A DNA stretch of 64,000 nucleotides from Eledone cirrhosa (lineage: Eukaryota). The notes under the pieces were generated by a model. The model was not told the origin of the DNA. It was given only the letters and a program-made list of their open reading frames with translations, and made no database searches. Shown here in pieces: positions 60,452 to 64,000 of this stretch. Both the position numbers and the translations under genes were made by a program. The stretch spans positions 12,400,001 to 12,464,000 of the forward strand of contig OZ024756.1 of assembly GCA_964016885.1 (NCBI GenBank). Direction: 5' to 3'. Every line of letters starts with the position of its first letter. Within the stretch, counting starts at the first letter, position 1.

Positions 60452-60897
60452 ACATTAAAAGTTATGATCAAATTAACCTTCTATCACATTAAAAGTTATG
60501 ATCAAATTAACCTTCTATTACATTAAAAGTTATGATCAAATTAACCTTCTATCACATTAAAAGTTAGAATCAAATTAACCTTCTATTACATTAAAAGTTA
60601 TGATCAAATTAACCTTCTATCACATTAAAAGTTAGAATCAAATTAACCTTCTATCACATTAAAAGTTATGATCAAATTAACCTTCTATCACATTAAAAGT
60701 TATGATCAAATTAACCTTCTATCACATTAAAAGTTATGATCAAATTAACCTTCTATCACATTAAAAGTTAGGATCAAATTAACCTTCTATCACATTAAAA
60801 GTTAGAATCAAATTAACCTTCTATCACATTAAAAGTTATGATCAAATTAACCTTCTATCACATTAAAAGTTAGGATCAAATTAACCTTCTATCACAT
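60452..60897. repeat. 34-bp tandem array (~13 copies)
   Basis: Unit cacattaaaagttatgatcaaattaaccttctat. Confidence 0.95.
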
Positions 60898-62109
60898 TTT
60901 TCTTTATAGTTTTACAACCATTTTTCCATTATATCTTTATTGCAGTTTTGGGGAGGATTGGCAGAGCAGTGAATAAAATGCTATTGTGGTATCTGTTCTT
61001 GCTATTTACAAATAGAGTTGAGTCTTATATACCACTAGAAGTGCACAATGTCGTGGGTTTGATTCATGGACCGAGTTGTGTTGTGTTCCTGAGCAAAACA
61101 CTTCATTTCACATTGCTCCAGTATAGTCAACTGAAAATGAGTACCAGCAATAGCTGGGGGTTTAACCCTGCAATGGACTGGTGTCCTGTTCAGGGGGAGT
61201 CTTGTACTCTCAGTCACTTGACACCATAAAACCGGGATAAGCACCAGCCTGATGAGCTTCCTGGCTTGAGACAGACTTGAGACTTATATATCACTGGTAC
61301 ATATTTTATCTTTAGGTTTTGAGATTAAATCTTGGTGAGAGAGGTTGATTTTGTTTTTCATTAGTCAATAAAAATATGGCCCAGTCAACTATAAACTTTC
61401 CCAGAATAATTCTGGCCTTGTGCCAAATTAATATATCACTATTACTTCCCGCCAAGGTTAACTTTGCCTTTCATCCTTACGGGGTCGATAAAATAAAGTA
61501 CCAGTAATACACTGGGTAATTGCTGGCCTTGTGCCAAAAGTAAAAACAATTATTACTTCCATTATAAAATAAAGTACCAGTAATGCACTGGGTAATTGCT
61601 GGCCTTGTGCCAAAATTAGAAACAATTATTAGGGGTGATGAGGGTGGTGGATTGGCAGAGTCTGTAAAGCGTTGGACATGCTTTGCAGTATATAGTTATG
61701 GCCTTTTACGGTCTGAGTTCAAATCCTGCCAATGATAAAATAAAGTACCAGTAATGCACTGGGTAATTGCTGGCCTTGTGCCTAAAGTAGAAACAATTAT
61801 ATTTTCTATGAGATTTTTATTGACTAATGAAAAACAAAATCAACCTCCCTCACCAAGATTTAATCTCAAAAAGGGCGGTGGATTGGCAGTATCGGTAGAA
61901 GGTCGGACGCCATGCTTTCCAGCATAGTTACATCCCTTTACGATCTGAGTTCAAATCCCGCCGAGGTTGACTTTGCCTTTCATCCTTACGGGGTCGATAA
62001 AATAAAGTAACAGTAATGCACTGGATAATTGCTGGCCTTGTGCCTAAAGTAGAAACAATTATATTTTCTATGAGATTTTGATATATATTTTGAGAACAAT
62101 ACCTTAATC

Positions 62110-63340
62110 TCATCATCATCTTCGTTTAACGTCCATCTTCCACACTGGCATGGGTTAGACGGGAGTTGTCCTACTTGAGGCTAGGCTGGTCGGGTGACCG
62201 TGTCTCGCTCATATAGGACTATCTGGCAGGTCTTCTACGGCTGGATGCTTTTCCTAACATCAACCACATTTACAGTGTGGAACTGGGAACTTTTTACCGT
62301 GTCCCCTACACAGCCACATTACAGCGTGGACTGGGAGGTTTTCTACCGTGTTACCTACACAGCCACATTACAGTGTGGACTGGGAGGTTTTCTACCGTGT
62401 TACCTACACAGCCACATTACAGCGTGGACTGGGAGGTTTTCTACCGTGTTACCTACACAGCCACATTACAGCGTGGACTGGGAACTTTTTACCATATCCC
62501 CTACACGACCACATTACAGCGTGGACTGGGAGGTTTTTACCGTGTTACCCACACGGCCACATTACAGCGTGGACTGGGAGGTTTTTACCGTGTTACCCAC
62601 ACGGCCACATTACAGCGTGGACTGGGAGGTTTTCTACCGTGTTACCTACACAGCCACATTACAGCGTGGACTGGGAACTTTTTACCATATCCCCTACACG
62701 ACCACATTACAGCGTGGACTGGGAGGTTTTTACCGTGTTACCCACACGGCCACATTACAGCGTGGACTGGGAGGTTTTTACCGTGTTACCCACACGGCCA
62801 CATTACAGCGTGGACTGGGAGGTTTTTTACCGTGTTACCTACACGGATGGCCACATTACAGCGTGGACTGGGAACTTTTTACCGTGTCCCCTACACGGCC
62901 ACATTACAGCGTGGACTGGGAGTTTTTTACCGTGTTACCTACACGGCCACATTACAGTGTGGACTGGGAGGTTTTTTACCGTGTTACCTACACGGATGGC
63001 CACATTACAGCGTGGACTGGGAGTTTTTTACCGTGTTACCTACACGGCCACATTACAGCATGGACTGGGAACTTTCTACCATGTTACCTACACAGCCACA
63101 TTACAGTGTGGACTGGGAGGTTTACCGTGTTACCCACACGGCCACATTACAGCGTGGACTCTGTTTCTTTTGTCGTGACACCTACACGATCTCGTTCTCG
63201 ATCTCATTATCTCATTTATTTGGACTGGATGTTGTGGTAGCAACTTTACAGAGAGAGGGTGGTGTTAGTGGGAGTGGGAGGATAGGGTAGGGGTAGTGGA
63301 TTGGGGTGTATATTTGGTTGAGAGGTGCCTACTGACTGTA
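62110..63340 (-). mobile_element. RTE-B 3'UTR insertion with a 49-bp array (~19 units, 62270-63190)
   Basis: Tail catcatcatcttcgtttaacgtc; unit ttacagcgtggactgggaggttttctaccgtgttacctacacagccaca; 3'UTR continues to ggtgcctactgactgta. Confidence 0.92.
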
Positions 63341-63343
63341 TAC

Positions 63344-63529
63344 GTTAATGTATAGAAGAAAGGATACGTTTGTTGAGGTAAGTTGACAGTATAGAACTTG
63401 GTAAAGTTAGTAACAGGTAGAGGGTCTGTTGTGATAGGCTGTAGACTGTTCCTTTGTTCAGTCAACCAATCACTCACTGAAACTGTACCAGTGATACCTG
63501 TAGGTTTGCGTAACTCCACCAGGAGATCT
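63344..63529 (-). CDS. Probable internal exon of the unidentified gene (3' boundary 63344, or 63368)
   Basis: Strong acceptor ttttcaatttcag|A GAT CTC CTG.... Encodes DLLVELRKPTGITGTVSVSDWLTEQRNSLQPITTDPLPVTNFTKFYTVNLPQQT(YPFFYTLT). There are two weak phase-2 donors (gtatcc, gtatac). Confidence 0.65.
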
Positions 63530-63792
63530 CTGAAATTGAAAATGGAAAATTGAAGTCATCATCATCATCATTGTCATTGTTACCGTCACCGTCATTGTCA
63601 TTGTCACCATAATTGTCATTGTCATCATCGTTGTCATTGTCCCCATCACCGTCATTGTCATTCATTATCGTCATCATTGGAGTCATCGTCAGTGTCATCA
63701 TCATCATTGTCGTCGTCAACAGCCCCCCCCCCCTCTCTCTATATATATAGAGAGATAGAGAGAGAGATGAACAATATCATCCCAATACTTAC

Positions 63793-63841
63793 TTGGCTGG
63801 TATATATTGTGAGGCGTAACTTGAAGTTGTAGGTTTAGGGA
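63793..63841 (-). CDS. Probable 49-nt internal exon of the unidentified gene
   Basis: ctttttcttttcag|TC CCT AAA CCT ACA ACT TCA AGT TAC GCC TCA CAA TAT ATA CCA GCC AA|gtaagt. Open frame, and phase 2 joins the next exon (AA+A = Lys). Confidence 0.65.
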
Positions 63842-64000
63842 CTGAAAAGAAAAAGAAAGTGTTCCATAATAAACATATTAAGCTTCAGCATTCGGTAATG
63901 AGAAGAGAGGAGGGAGGCGTAAAAGCCAAACTCAAGGAAGCCTGCACAGTGCACCCTACATGTGAAGTTCCACTGAAGCAGGTAGTAGAAGTTTAAGTAC

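Noticed and set aside
62194-63290. Three long overlapping ORFs (276-348 aa)
   Set aside because: Translations of a stop-poor 49-bp array.

Overview
Eukaryotic, AT-rich and repeat-dense window. The SINE/RTE/microsatellite landscape is octopus-like (inference). It holds coding exons 1-9 of a minus-strand XRCC1 orthologue (ATG at 39327; N-terminal domain, NLS-like basic stretch and first part of BRCT1; the gene continues past the left edge). It also holds three probable terminal exons of a second, unidentified minus-strand gene (63841-59366). The rest is mostly mobile DNA: many decayed RTE-clade LINEs with a PHD-type zinc finger inside ORF2, three decayed Penelope-like elements (two with type-I hammerhead ribozymes), three tRNA-derived SINE families, a deleted mariner, MITEs and several tandem arrays. 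Most notable are the PHD-finger RTE family, a 49-bp module shared by LINEs and SINEs that has expanded into satellites at four loci, three near-perfect palindromes associated with Penelope-like sequence, and several splice sites of both genes partly supplied by transposons. No intact autonomous element and no CRISPR array are present. All alignments were done by eye.
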